A DNA stretch of 64,000 bases. It comes from Granulosicoccus sp. (GTDB lineage Bacteria; Pseudomonadota; Gammaproteobacteria; Granulosicoccales; Granulosicoccaceae). Every line of letters starts with the position of its first letter. Within the stretch, counting starts at the first letter, position 1. The DNA lies in the NCBI GenBank assembly GCA_045106855.1, contig JBGCFI010000026.1, positions 40,711-104,710 of the forward strand. Direction: 5' to 3'. Shown here piece by piece: positions 28,326 to 37,337 of this stretch. Made by a program: the position numbers and the translations under genes. The notes under the pieces are model-generated. The model was not told where the DNA came from. It saw only the letters and a program-made list of their open reading frames with translations, and searched no databases.

Positions 28326-29726
28326 TTAACTCGACAGAGTCCTGTGTAGATTTTTAAAATCTTCAGCGACGTTTTCGTCACTGTCGCGCAATTCGGCAAC
28401 CTTCTTACACGCATGCAATACCGTCGTATGGTCACGCCCGCCAAAGGCTCTGCCAATTTCTGGCAGACTTTTGCTGGTCAAATCCTTGGCCAATGCCATG
28501 GCGATTTGTCGTGGCCTGGCGATGGACCTGGCGCGGGTTTTACTGGACAAGTCGGCAAGTCGAATCTTGTAATACTCAGCGACGGTTTTCTGTATGTTCT
28601 CGATAGACACAGCGCGACCCTGAACCGCCAATAGATCAGCAAGCGCCACCCGTGTGGTTTCCATTGTAATAGGGTCGCCATTGAGCTGGCAGTAGGCGAT
28701 AACCCGTCGCAGTGATCCTTCTAGCTCGCGGACGTTGCTCCGTATTCGATTGGCTACGAAAAAACTCACTTCCGACGGCAGTTGAATACCCAGGGTTTCT
28801 GCCTTGCTATTCAGGATGGCCACACGCATCTCAAGCTCGGGGGGTTCGATAGCAACGGACAATCCCCAGCCAAAGCGCGTTTGTAGTCGCTCCTCGAGAC
28901 CGTTGATTTCCTTGGGATAACGGTCGCAGGTGAGAACGATCTGCTGATTGCCTTCAAACAGGGCATTGAAATTGTGAAAGAACTCTTCCTGAGTTTGTTC
29001 CTTATTGGCAAAAAACTGGATATCGTCGACTAGAAGCGCATCAAGGCCACGGTAAAACGCTTTGAATTCATGCATTTTGTTGTGTTGTAGCGCGGTGACC
29101 ATTTCCTGTACGTAGCGTTCGGAGTTGATATACATAACCCGGGCATCTGGCTTGTTGGCAAGAATTTCATTGCCAATTGCTTGCATCATGTGCGTCTTGC
29201 CTAGCCCGGAAGCGCCGTAAATAAGGTAGGGGTTATAGGCTGTGCCAGGGCTTGCACCTATCTGCAGAGCAGCAGCGCGCCCGAGTTGATTGCTTTTTCC
29301 TTCCACCAATGTCTTGAAACTGAATTGTGGTTTCAGGTTCGAGTGAGGCTGGTCTGCTGAAACCTTGGTCGCGATCTGGGAATGCGCGGGTGCTGATGCA
29401 GCTGGTTGGTAGACAGATCGGTTGCCGGGACTACCGTCCTTTTCGGTGACCGGATGATCAATTTGAGAGTAGGGCGCACTCAGAGCTCCCGAGCCAATGA
29501 CGAAGACCACGTTGACTGTGTCAGGTTGTGCGAGCGCCGAAGCAATTTCCTGTATCCGGGTGTGAAAACTGCTCTGTACCATATCCAGGACAAATCGATT
29601 GGGTGCCAGTATGCTCAGCGTCTGATTTTCATGATGCGCCTGCAGCGGCCGGATCCAGGTGTTGAGCTGCTGGTCAGACAACTCAGTTTCCAGCTGCAGC
29701 AGACAGCGATCCCAAAGTGTACTCAA
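28326..29726 (-). CDS. dnaA: Chromosomal replication initiator protein DnaA
   Basis: 466 aa. AAA+ motifs YGASGLGKTHMMQAIGN and LLVDDIQFF, plus the C-terminal DNA-binding region (IARPRQIAMALAKDLT, GGRDHTTVLHA). Confidence 0.98.
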   Translation of the reverse strand: MSTLWDRCLLQLETELSDQQLNTWIRPLQAHHENQTLSILAPNRFVLDMVQSSFHTRIQEIASALAQPDTVNVVFVIGSGALSAPYSQIDHPVTEKDGSPGNRSVYQPAASAPAHSQIATKVSADQPHSNLKPQFSFKTLVEGKSNQLGRAAALQIGASPGTAYNPYLIYGASGLGKTHMMQAIGNEILANKPDARVMYINSERYVQEMVTALQHNKMHEFKAFYRGLDALLVDDIQFFANKEQTQEEFFHNFNALFEGNQQIVLTCDRYPKEINGLEERLQTRFGWGLSVAIEPPELEMRVAILNSKAETLGIQLPSEVSFFVANRIRSNVRELEGSLRRVIAYCQLNGDPITMETTRVALADLLAVQGRAVSIENIQKTVAEYYKIRLADLSSKTRARSIARPRQIAMALAKDLTSKSLPEIGRAFGGRDHTTVLHACKKVAELRDSDENVAEDFKNLHRTLSS

Positions 29727-29936
29727 CTGTGGTCTCTCCGGATGGATTGGACAATCTGATTGTGCTTACCGTGTTAACGGAATCGGCACGAATCCTGAGA
29801 TTGCAGGGGGGGTTGAACCTTACGCCAATACGAGCTTGATATTCAATAACTGTCTAATGTTTTTTCTCGTCTTTGAACCTGTAAACACCCACTTGGGCGA
29901 TCAGCAAATAGTTTCACAGTAACTAACTATAAGGGA

Positions 29937-29965
29937 TTGACCGTTTAACCAATTCGTATTAAACT
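29937..29965 (+). promoter_or_regulatory. Candidate sigma70 promoter for rpmH-rnpA
   Basis: TTGACC (29937-29942), a 17-nt spacer, then TAAACT (29960-29965), about 55 nt upstream of the rpmH ATG. Confidence 0.35.
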
Positions 29966-30021
29966 TGCGGGTTCGTTAAAGAGTCCAGTGGCGCCGCGCG
30001 TTACCTCAGAGCAGCATTATC

Positions 30022-30156
30022 ATGAAAAGAACCTATCAACCCAGCAAGATCAAGCGTGCCCGCACCCACGGCTTCCGAGCTCGCAAAGCCACTCGTGGTG
30101 GTCGAGCAGTACTCGCCGCGCGTCGTCGCAAAGGTAGAGCCCGCCTAAGCGCCTGA
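30022..30156 (+). CDS. rpmH: 50S ribosomal protein L34
   Basis: Below the ORF-track size cut-off. Hand translation gives [44 protein letters not shown] (44 aa), followed by rnpA. Confidence 0.97.
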   Translation: MKRTYQPSKIKRARTHGFRARKATRGGRAVLAARRRKGRARLSA

Positions 30157-30237
30157 TTTGACACACTGACCCGGTGGTTGCATCTCCCTCAGCAAAAGAG
30201 GTTGGTGCAACAAGGCAGTCAGTGAACACCGGGTCGC

Positions 30238-30636
30238 ATGAAAGAGCCAGAGAATTCCCGGAATCATGACGACCACGGGGTAGATGTGCCCGTCGGCACT
30301 TGTAAAGGTTTTCCCAGATCAGCTCGATTGCTTACCGCCAGGGACTACGCGGCAGCCTTCAAAAAGAACAAACGACTTTCAGACCAGTACTGGACTGTAC
30401 TGGTTCACCGTGCTGATCAGGATGAACCCCGGCTAGGTCTGGCCATAGCCAAAAAACGTGCAAAGCTGGCGGTGGACAGAAACCGGATCAAGCGCATAGC
30501 CCGGGAGTCGTTCAGGCACCACCGATCCAGACTTACCCGAATTCAGCTGGTAGTCATGAATCGTGACCAGACTGCTGGAACCGATAGCAGGATCTTGCGT
30601 ACGGCGCTGGATAGTCTGTTGGGCAAGCTGATCTAG
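30238..30636 (+). CDS. rnpA: Ribonuclease P protein component
   Basis: 132 aa, basic, with FPRSARLLTARDYAAAF and the RNR-like motif VDRNRIKRIARE. It sits in the rpmH-rnpA-yidD-yidC context. The start may be a few codons downstream. Confidence 0.9.
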   Translation: MKEPENSRNHDDHGVDVPVGTCKGFPRSARLLTARDYAAAFKKNKRLSDQYWTVLVHRADQDEPRLGLAIAKKRAKLAVDRNRIKRIARESFRHHRSRLTRIQLVVMNRDQTAGTDSRILRTALDSLLGKLI

Positions 30637-30800
30637 TTTTCATGTAGAACATTGTTTATCGAGTTGTGGTAATCCGGCACGGCATTACGTTCCAGCTGGC
30701 GTTAGCAGGGCAGATGGTCATCCCACGCTTTTTAACCATGATGCCAACAGATCGAGAGTGTTTCGTGCCATTGGTCTCTAAAACAGGCGATAATAGTGAG

Positions 30801-31076
30801 ATGCTACGTCTTATAGGCTTCTATCAACGATGGGTCAGTCCGCTGCTTCCACCTCGGTGCCGCTTCGTACCCACCTGTTCAGCGTATGCCGCTGAGGCCA
30901 TCGAGAGTCATGGCCTGGGGCAGGGTAGTGCCCTTGCCTTGAGACGTATCTGTAAGTGTCACCCTTTTCATCCCGGTGGGTTTGATCCCGTTCCGACCCA
31001 TGACAGGACTGCTGCCAACAGCAACTCATCCATGGCTGGACAACATCAGCCTTCACCCAAACGACAGAATACATAG
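30801..31076 (+). CDS. yidD: Membrane protein insertion efficiency factor YidD
   Basis: ATG 30801 gives [52 protein letters not shown]. The 45 codons of ORF 30666..31076 upstream of this are not YidD-like. Confidence 0.9.
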   Translation: MLRLIGFYQRWVSPLLPPRCRFVPTCSAYAAEAIESHGLGQGSALALRRICKCHPFHPGGFDPVPTHDRTAANSNSSMAGQHQPSPKRQNT

Positions 31077-31084
31077 AATCAGTA

Positions 31085-32869
31085 ATGGAAACCCAACGGC
31101 TTCTCCTGTATCTCGCATTCGGATTTTTAAGTCTGATTATCTACCAGACATGGATGCAGGATTACCATATGCCAGAGCCGGCAGCGCGCGTAAGCGCTGA
31201 TGCACCGGGTGTCAATCAGGTTCCCAATGCGCCTGCCGACCCGGCACAACTGCCGGATGCAGCGGATATACCCAATGCGGTATCAGGTCCGGTAGCGCAA
31301 CCCGAAGTCCTGACACAGAATCCGCAAGCCAGAACGATAACAGTGAGCACCGATGTTTTTGATGGTGCCATAAGTACACTGGGCGCTACTATCACCAAGA
31401 TAGAACTGAAAGACTATCCGATTTCCATCGAGCAACCCGATACCTCATTCCTCCTGCTCAGTGATGATCCTACACACTATCTGGTGGCAGAATCCGGGCT
31501 GCAGGCCAGAGCGAACGAGGCCGCTCCCACGCATAAGGAAATCATGTCGGTCGCGGGGGATTCCTTCACGCTGGCTGATGGCCAGGATTCACTAGCCATA
31601 CCGTTTACCTGGGTGTCTGATTCGGGCATAAAAGTAACCAAGACGCTGACGTTCACGCGTAGCAGTTATGAGGTTGATATCCACTACCTGATAGAAAACG
31701 GGTCTGGTGCGGACTGGACCGTCAATCAATACCGACAGCTAAAACGCAAACCGGGTACCTCTGATGAAAAGCAGCAGTTCGTCAATACTTACATTGGAGC
31801 TGTCGTCAGTAATGATGAAGACCGATACGCCAAGATCAGTTTTGGGGATATGGAAGATGAAAATCTAAGTACCCCGGTAACCAACGGCTGGGTTGCCATG
31901 ATTCAACACTACTTTGCAGCCGCCTGGATTCCGGCAGCCGAAGAAGTCAATACCGCATACTCGCGGCATCTGATTAGTGAAAACCGTTATCTAATCGGCA
32001 TGGTATCCGCCAGTCAGCTTGTTCCTGCGGGTGCGCAGGGGACGTTCACCTCCAAGGCTTATATCGGGCCGAAAATACAAGACAACCTAAACGCAGCTGC
32101 CGAACATCTAGAACTAACCGTGGATTTTGGCTGGCTGACAATCATTGCTCAGCCGTTATTCTGGGTGCTTAAGACCATTCATAGTTATATCGGCAACTGG
32201 GGATGGGCGATCATTTTTACGACCTTCATCATCAAGGCTGTGTTTTACAAGTTGTCCGAGGCCAGCTATCGGTCGATGGCCAGAATGAAACTTCTGCAGC
32301 CCAAGCTGGCATCTCTGAAAGAGCGCTATGGTGATGACAGAGCGAAAATGGGGCAGGCCACCATGGAGCTCTACAAGAAAGAGAAGGTGAATCCTCTGGG
32401 TGGTTGTTTGCCGATGATCATCCAGATACCGGTTTTCATCGCGCTTTATTGGACGCTGCTTGAAAGTGTTGAACTTCGCCAGGCGCCATTCATGCTCTGG
32501 ATAAAAGACTTATCCATCAAAGATCCGTTTTTTATCCTGCCCATTATCATGGCAGCCACAATGTACTTTCAGCAGAAACTGAACCCGGCTCCAGTGGATC
32601 CGATTCAGGCAAAGGTCTTTCAGTTCCTGCCTTTGATTTTTGGCGTATTCTTCGCCTTTTTCCCAGCAGGACTCGTGTTGTACTGGGTTGTTAACAATAC
32701 CCTGTCGATAGCACAGCAGTACTATATAACCCGCCATGTGCTTGGTGAAAAAAATCATAAAGGCAAGGGAAACAAGTCCAAAAAAGATAAAAAGGAAGAT
32801 GTTGACGGCAAGAGCGTGGATTTAACCAAGAAGGGCAAATCGGATAGCGCGGACGACAGCGCAGAGTAA
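31085..32869 (+). CDS. yidC: Membrane protein insertase YidC
   Basis: 594 aa with a large periplasmic domain and a conserved C-terminal core (GWAIIFTTFIIKAVFYKLS, NPLGGCLPMIIQIPVFIALYW). Confidence 0.97.
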   Translation: METQRLLLYLAFGFLSLIIYQTWMQDYHMPEPAARVSADAPGVNQVPNAPADPAQLPDAADIPNAVSGPVAQPEVLTQNPQARTITVSTDVFDGAISTLGATITKIELKDYPISIEQPDTSFLLLSDDPTHYLVAESGLQARANEAAPTHKEIMSVAGDSFTLADGQDSLAIPFTWVSDSGIKVTKTLTFTRSSYEVDIHYLIENGSGADWTVNQYRQLKRKPGTSDEKQQFVNTYIGAVVSNDEDRYAKISFGDMEDENLSTPVTNGWVAMIQHYFAAAWIPAAEEVNTAYSRHLISENRYLIGMVSASQLVPAGAQGTFTSKAYIGPKIQDNLNAAAEHLELTVDFGWLTIIAQPLFWVLKTIHSYIGNWGWAIIFTTFIIKAVFYKLSEASYRSMARMKLLQPKLASLKERYGDDRAKMGQATMELYKKEKVNPLGGCLPMIIQIPVFIALYWTLLESVELRQAPFMLWIKDLSIKDPFFILPIIMAATMYFQQKLNPAPVDPIQAKVFQFLPLIFGVFFAFFPAGLVLYWVVNNTLSIAQQYYITRHVLGEKNHKGKGNKSKKDKKEDVDGKSVDLTKKGKSDSADDSAE

Positions 32870-32909
32870 AGTGAAACGGTAGAATTCTGCCGGCGCTTAA
32901 GGGGATGAC

Positions 32910-34259
32910 ATGACAAGTGAGGGTGTCGTAACCGATACTATTACGGCAGTCTCGACAGGGTCAGGCAAGGCAGGCATCGGGGTTATTCGTGTCAGTGGAC
33001 CGTTGGTCCAACAGATTTCCCGCGCGATAACTGATGCTGATTTGATACCCAGGCATGCGCACTATCTTCCGTTCCTGGATGAGAATGCCCAGGTGCTCGA
33101 TGAAGGGGTTGTCATTCTGTTCGAAGCACCCCATTCGTTTACCGGCGAAGATGTTCTGGAATTGCAAGGCCACGGAGGTGCTGTAATTCTGGACATGCTG
33201 CTTGCCAGAGTATTGCAATTGGGTGCGCGAGCGGCGCGCCCCGGTGAGTTCTCAGAGCGTGCTTTTCATAACAACAAACTTGATCTGGCTCAAGCCGAAG
33301 CTATCAGTGATCTCATCGAAAGTAGTAGCACGGCCGCGGCCAGAGCTGCTGTGCGATCCATGCGAGGTGAGTTCTCAACGCATATTCATCGCATTAACGA
33401 CGAGCTTGTCGGTTTGAGGGTGTGGCTTGAGGCCGCGCTGGATTTCAGTGAAGAGGACATCGACTTCCTGGCTGATCCGCAGCTTCGCCAGCGAACTGCG
33501 GTGTTAGTTGAAGATTTTGATTCACTGCTGGCTAAAGCAGAACAGGGCCAACGATTGCGTGATGGCTTGTCCATTGTCATAGCGGGTGCTACAAACGCAG
33601 GCAAGTCCAGTTTGCTCAATTGCCTGTCCGGTGATGACACAGCCATTGTGACTGATATCGCAGGCACCACCCGTGATGTGTTGCGTACGGATATAACGAT
33701 AGAGGGTGTGCCGTTACATATCATAGACACTGCTGGTGTTCGCGAAACCGATGATGTCGTGGAACAACTCGGCATAGAGCGCGCTTACAAAGCTGTAGAT
33801 CAGGCGGATCATGTACTGGTGTTGCTCGATGCTACTGCACCCGAGATGCCGGTATTGCCAGACATTGACAAGCAACGCCTGAGTATTGTGCTGAGTAAAA
33901 CAGATCTGGTTGATAACAGTACATTGAAAGCATTGGAAGCGCAGTGGGAATCAAGGCTGGGCGTGTCCATGAAAACAGGGCAGGGCATATCAGCGCTTCG
34001 TACATTCCTGTTAAAGATTGCAGGACACGATCAGCAAGTAGAAGGCGTTTACATTGCGCGCAGGCGTCACATACAAGCCATAGAAGCCGCGCGTCAATCA
34101 ACACAAGCGGCGTTATCTCGATTGAAGGAAAATACCATGCCCGAACTTGCTGCAGAGGAGCTACGCTTGGCGCAACAATCGTTGGCTACAATTACAGGTC
34201 GTTTTGATAGCGAAGACTTGCTGGGCGAGATTTTTTCAAGCTTCTGTATTGGTAAATAG
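32910..34259 (+). CDS. mnmE: tRNA modification GTPase MnmE
   Basis: 449 aa with G1 GATNAGKSSLLN, DTAGVRET and the C-terminal FCIGK. Confidence 0.97.
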   Translation: MTSEGVVTDTITAVSTGSGKAGIGVIRVSGPLVQQISRAITDADLIPRHAHYLPFLDENAQVLDEGVVILFEAPHSFTGEDVLELQGHGGAVILDMLLARVLQLGARAARPGEFSERAFHNNKLDLAQAEAISDLIESSSTAAARAAVRSMRGEFSTHIHRINDELVGLRVWLEAALDFSEEDIDFLADPQLRQRTAVLVEDFDSLLAKAEQGQRLRDGLSIVIAGATNAGKSSLLNCLSGDDTAIVTDIAGTTRDVLRTDITIEGVPLHIIDTAGVRETDDVVEQLGIERAYKAVDQADHVLVLLDATAPEMPVLPDIDKQRLSIVLSKTDLVDNSTLKALEAQWESRLGVSMKTGQGISALRTFLLKIAGHDQQVEGVYIARRRHIQAIEAARQSTQAALSRLKENTMPELAAEELRLAQQSLATITGRFDSEDLLGEIFSSFCIGK

Positions 34260-34285
34260 CTCGTTAAACGTAAACGAAATTTTGG

Positions 34286-36103
34286 TTACACAGAAGGCAA
34301 TTCCTCTTCTCCCAAACCGAACTGCATAGCTGCAAGTTTTGCGTACAACCCGTCGTTGGCCATTAGTTGTTGATGAGTCCCGCGATCCACCACGCGGCCT
34401 TGATCCATGACGATAATCTGATCGGCATTCACAATAGTCGCCAGGCGGTGCGCAATAACCAGCGTCGTTCTTCCACTCATGGCTCTGTCCAGTGCCTTCT
34501 GCACCTTGGATTCACTTTCCGCGTCCAGCGCACTGGTTGCTTCGTCCAGTAACAATAACGGCGGATTTTTCAGCAATGCCCTGGCAATTGAGAGACGTTG
34601 TCGCTGGCCACCGGACAAGCGCACACCTCTCTCACCCAGATAAGTGTCAAACCCTTCGGGCAGTCTTTCAATAAACTCCAGCGCTTGTGCATCTTCTGCT
34701 GCCTGTCGAACCTGCTCATCGGTGGCTTGTGGATTGCCATAGCGAATATTGTTGGTGACATTTTCCGAAAACACCACGCTCTCTTGTGATACGAGGCCAA
34801 TCGCCTGGCGTAGATCGTCAAGTGCGAGTGTATTGATGGGTGTGTCGTTAAGAGTGATGCTACCGGATTGCTGGTCATAAAATCGCAACAGCAATTGCAG
34901 GACGGTTGTCTTACCAGCGCCTGATGGTCCTACCAGAGCGATGGTTTTTCCCGGTGATAACTCAAAACTCACATCTTGCAATGAGGGTGATTCCGGACGG
35001 CTTGGGTAACAGAAATTGACATTGTTAAAACGTGCCGATGCACCATCGGTTCGGCTTTGCAACAATGGCTGGCTGCCAGAGGTTATAACGGGTTTGGCAT
35101 CCATGAGTTCCAGCAAACGTTCGGTTGCTCCGGCTGCTCGTTGAACATCACCGATAACTTCTGCCAACGCACCTGTTGATCCGCCCACGATAGCTGCATA
35201 CAACATGAATTGAGTAAGCAACCCGGGAGTCATGCGTCCATCCATGACGGCTTGCGCTCCAAGCCACAGTACAAATACGATTGAGCCGAACACAAGGGTG
35301 ATGACGAGTGCCGTCAGGTATGAGCGATTGCGGTTACGTCGCAGCGCTGTTGCAAAAGCGGTATCCGCTGCATCACCATAACGCGCGGCTTCCATATCCT
35401 CACGTACGTAGCTTTGCACTGTCTGCATGGCATTGAGTGTCTCGTTAGCCAGGGCACCTGTGTCGGCAAGTTTGTCTTGTGAATCGCGTGACAACCGTCT
35501 TACACGTCGGCCGACAACCAGTATCGGAACCACCACGACAACGAGCAGCCCGACAATAATGCTGGCAAGTGTCGGACTGGACCAGATCATGAGTAATAAA
35601 CCGCCCGTAAACAAAAGCACGTTGCGAAGTCCCAGTGAAATACTTGAACCAATCAGCGACTGTATCAACGTGGTATCACTGGACAGGCGAGATTGCACTT
35701 CGCCGGTACGCAAGGTTTCGAAGAACACCGGATCCTGTTTCAGTACTTGCGAGAACACGCGCTTGCGTAAATCAGCCGTAATTCTGTCACCAAGCCATGA
35801 GACGCAATAGAATCTTACCGCTGTGGCCAATGCCAACACCAACGCCACTGCGAACAAAGTCAGGAATACGCGATTGACATCCGTGGCTTGCATGCCCGCC
35901 ATGCTGTCCGGCACGCTGAACCCCTGATCGATAAGCAGTCGAAACGCCAGTGGGATAGCAAGTGTTGCAGCTGCTGCAACCAGCAGCGCAGCCGCCGCAA
36001 CCAGTACCCGGGTTCGGTAGGGCTCAAGAAAAGGTTTGAGGCGCCATAACGTCTTCCACGCCGATTGATCAATTGTTTTGACGTCGTCAGTGAGTTCTGT
36101 CAA
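34286..36103 (-). CDS. ABC transporter, fused permease/ATP-binding protein (type-B exporter, MsbA-like fold)
   Basis: 605 aa with six predicted N-terminal TM helices, Walker A GPSGAGKTT, signature LSGGQRQRLSIARA and Walker B LLLLDEATSALD. The start is TTG 36103 and no in-frame ATG is nearby. Confidence 0.92.
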   Translation of the reverse strand: MTELTDDVKTIDQSAWKTLWRLKPFLEPYRTRVLVAAAALLVAAAATLAIPLAFRLLIDQGFSVPDSMAGMQATDVNRVFLTLFAVALVLALATAVRFYCVSWLGDRITADLRKRVFSQVLKQDPVFFETLRTGEVQSRLSSDTTLIQSLIGSSISLGLRNVLLFTGGLLLMIWSSPTLASIIVGLLVVVVVPILVVGRRVRRLSRDSQDKLADTGALANETLNAMQTVQSYVREDMEAARYGDAADTAFATALRRNRNRSYLTALVITLVFGSIVFVLWLGAQAVMDGRMTPGLLTQFMLYAAIVGGSTGALAEVIGDVQRAAGATERLLELMDAKPVITSGSQPLLQSRTDGASARFNNVNFCYPSRPESPSLQDVSFELSPGKTIALVGPSGAGKTTVLQLLLRFYDQQSGSITLNDTPINTLALDDLRQAIGLVSQESVVFSENVTNNIRYGNPQATDEQVRQAAEDAQALEFIERLPEGFDTYLGERGVRLSGGQRQRLSIARALLKNPPLLLLDEATSALDAESESKVQKALDRAMSGRTTLVIAHRLATIVNADQIIVMDQGRVVDRGTHQQLMANDGLYAKLAAMQFGLGEEELPSV

Positions 36104-36202
36104 CGCGGATATCTCTTAATAGGAAAACCAAGGGAGTATGGTGACGGATAAGTCAGTTAACCAGAGCTTGAGCACAAAATCATTATCGACAATGCGTAAC
36201 AG

Positions 36203-36349
36203 CTACCCGGGTGGCTTATCGTCAGCCTGCTCTCTAGAGACAGGGTTTTGCGTCGGTGTCCTGTTTTTACCCCCGTTTGAAGCTGGCTTCGGTGGCATTT
36301 GAATGATACGCGGTGGGGGTGGCGGGGGCGGTGGGGGTCTTTTTGTCAC
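36203..36349 (-). CDS. Candidate small ORF (48 aa) with nine consecutive prolines
   Basis: Hand translation from GTG 36349 gives MTKRPPPPPPPPPRIIQMPPKPASNGGKNRTPTQNPVSREQADDKPPG, ending at TAG 36205..36203. AGGAG (36362..36358) lies 8 nt upstream of the GTG. It sits between the 3-TM protein gene and the ABC exporter on the same strand. Confidence 0.35.
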   Translation of the reverse strand: MTKRPPPPPPPPPRIIQMPPKPASNGGKNRTPTQNPVSREQADDKPPG

Positions 36350-36400
36350 CGGCAATACTCCTGCTAATGGTTAATAAGCAACTTTGCGCAAGTTCAGTAG

Positions 36401-36940
36401 CTAAGGCAAAAGAATGTCGGATACCGGGACGAATGCCATGATACAAAACACAAAAGCACTGATGACAAAGCTATTCCCGTAATACAACCAGAACCGCTTG
36501 TTATCGTTGGCCCGGGCATTGAAACTGGCATGATCGATAAAAGATTGTCGCATGAATTGATCGAATGCTTCATCGGACCATTGCTCAGCTGTGTGATTGT
36601 CAGTCTTGTCCTTGTAGTAGCCACGAAGCTGCGTTACGTACTGTTCTATGTCTTCCAGTAACGGGAAGGCATTGTAGTGCTGGCTATGCCAGGCCTTGAT
36701 GTAGCAGATAATAGCGGCGACAAACGAGACAACCGCCATGCCATAGATAAGCCAGAAAAGTGGTGGTGCATTGTCGGAGCTTGCGATGATGGCATTGAAC
36801 AGATAACTCATCATGGTAAAAACAATGGCGACAATCGCCAGTAATGTCCGGAATCGATCATCCAGACGATTCCTCTCTGTCATCTCATGAAAATACATTT
36901 TTTCATAGAAGGTATCTCGATCCGACAGCTTCATGGCCAT
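36401..36940 (-). CDS. Hypothetical integral membrane protein (about 3 TM segments)
   Basis: 179 aa. Hydrophobic segments are LLAIVAIVFTMMSYLFNAII, LFWLIYGMAVVSFVAAIICYI and FVISAFVFCIMAFVPV. No family recognised with confidence. Confidence 0.6.
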   Translation of the reverse strand: MAMKLSDRDTFYEKMYFHEMTERNRLDDRFRTLLAIVAIVFTMMSYLFNAIIASSDNAPPLFWLIYGMAVVSFVAAIICYIKAWHSQHYNAFPLLEDIEQYVTQLRGYYKDKTDNHTAEQWSDEAFDQFMRQSFIDHASFNARANDNKRFWLYYGNSFVISAFVFCIMAFVPVSDILLP

Positions 36941-37078
36941 GCCTTGTCCATAAAAAACTCTTAAAAAATATTCTCAGCCGGGTGTGTGCTGAGCGTCAAT
37001 AGCTGGTTTTGTAACACGTAAAAAGCAGGGTTACTTATCCGGGAATTCCACGGCGATTTTCATGTCACGAGGCTACCT

Positions 37079-37109
37079 GGCTAGAATCACAGTCTAGCCG
37101 CTTTCTTTT
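37079..37109 (+). terminator. Orphan intrinsic-terminator-like hairpin upstream of mnmG
   Basis: Stem ggctaga (37079-37085) / tctagcc (37093-37099) with a 7-nt loop, followed by gCTTTCTTTT (37100-37109). No plus-strand gene lies upstream. Confidence 0.35.
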
Positions 37110-37337
37110 GGTACCTTTTGACTAAGTGAGTCATGGTTGTCTCTAGCTGGGACACTGACCCTCGTCTGTGAACTCTGGCTGAGGAAATTCTTTCAACACC
37201 TATAGAGCCGGTTTTTCGAACACGATGGCAACTGATCACTGTTCTACCGGCTGTTGAATGTGAGCTCTCTGTCCGGTGAATTCTTATTGGACAGCGCTTA
37301 TACTAGTCGCCTGGTCGAAAAATTTACGAGTTGCGCC

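Noticed and set aside
29727-30021. rpmH-dnaA spacer as oriC (pseudomonad paradigm)
   Set aside because: I scanned both strands and found no DnaA box matching TTATCCACA at 8/9 or better. It is shorter and less A+T-rich than the dnaA-dnaN spacer. It may still hold the dnaA and rpmH promoters.
36941-37337. mnmG-upstream spacer as oriC (enteric paradigm)
   Set aside because: Only a weak ttatccggg (6/9) is present, with no box cluster or long A/T tract.
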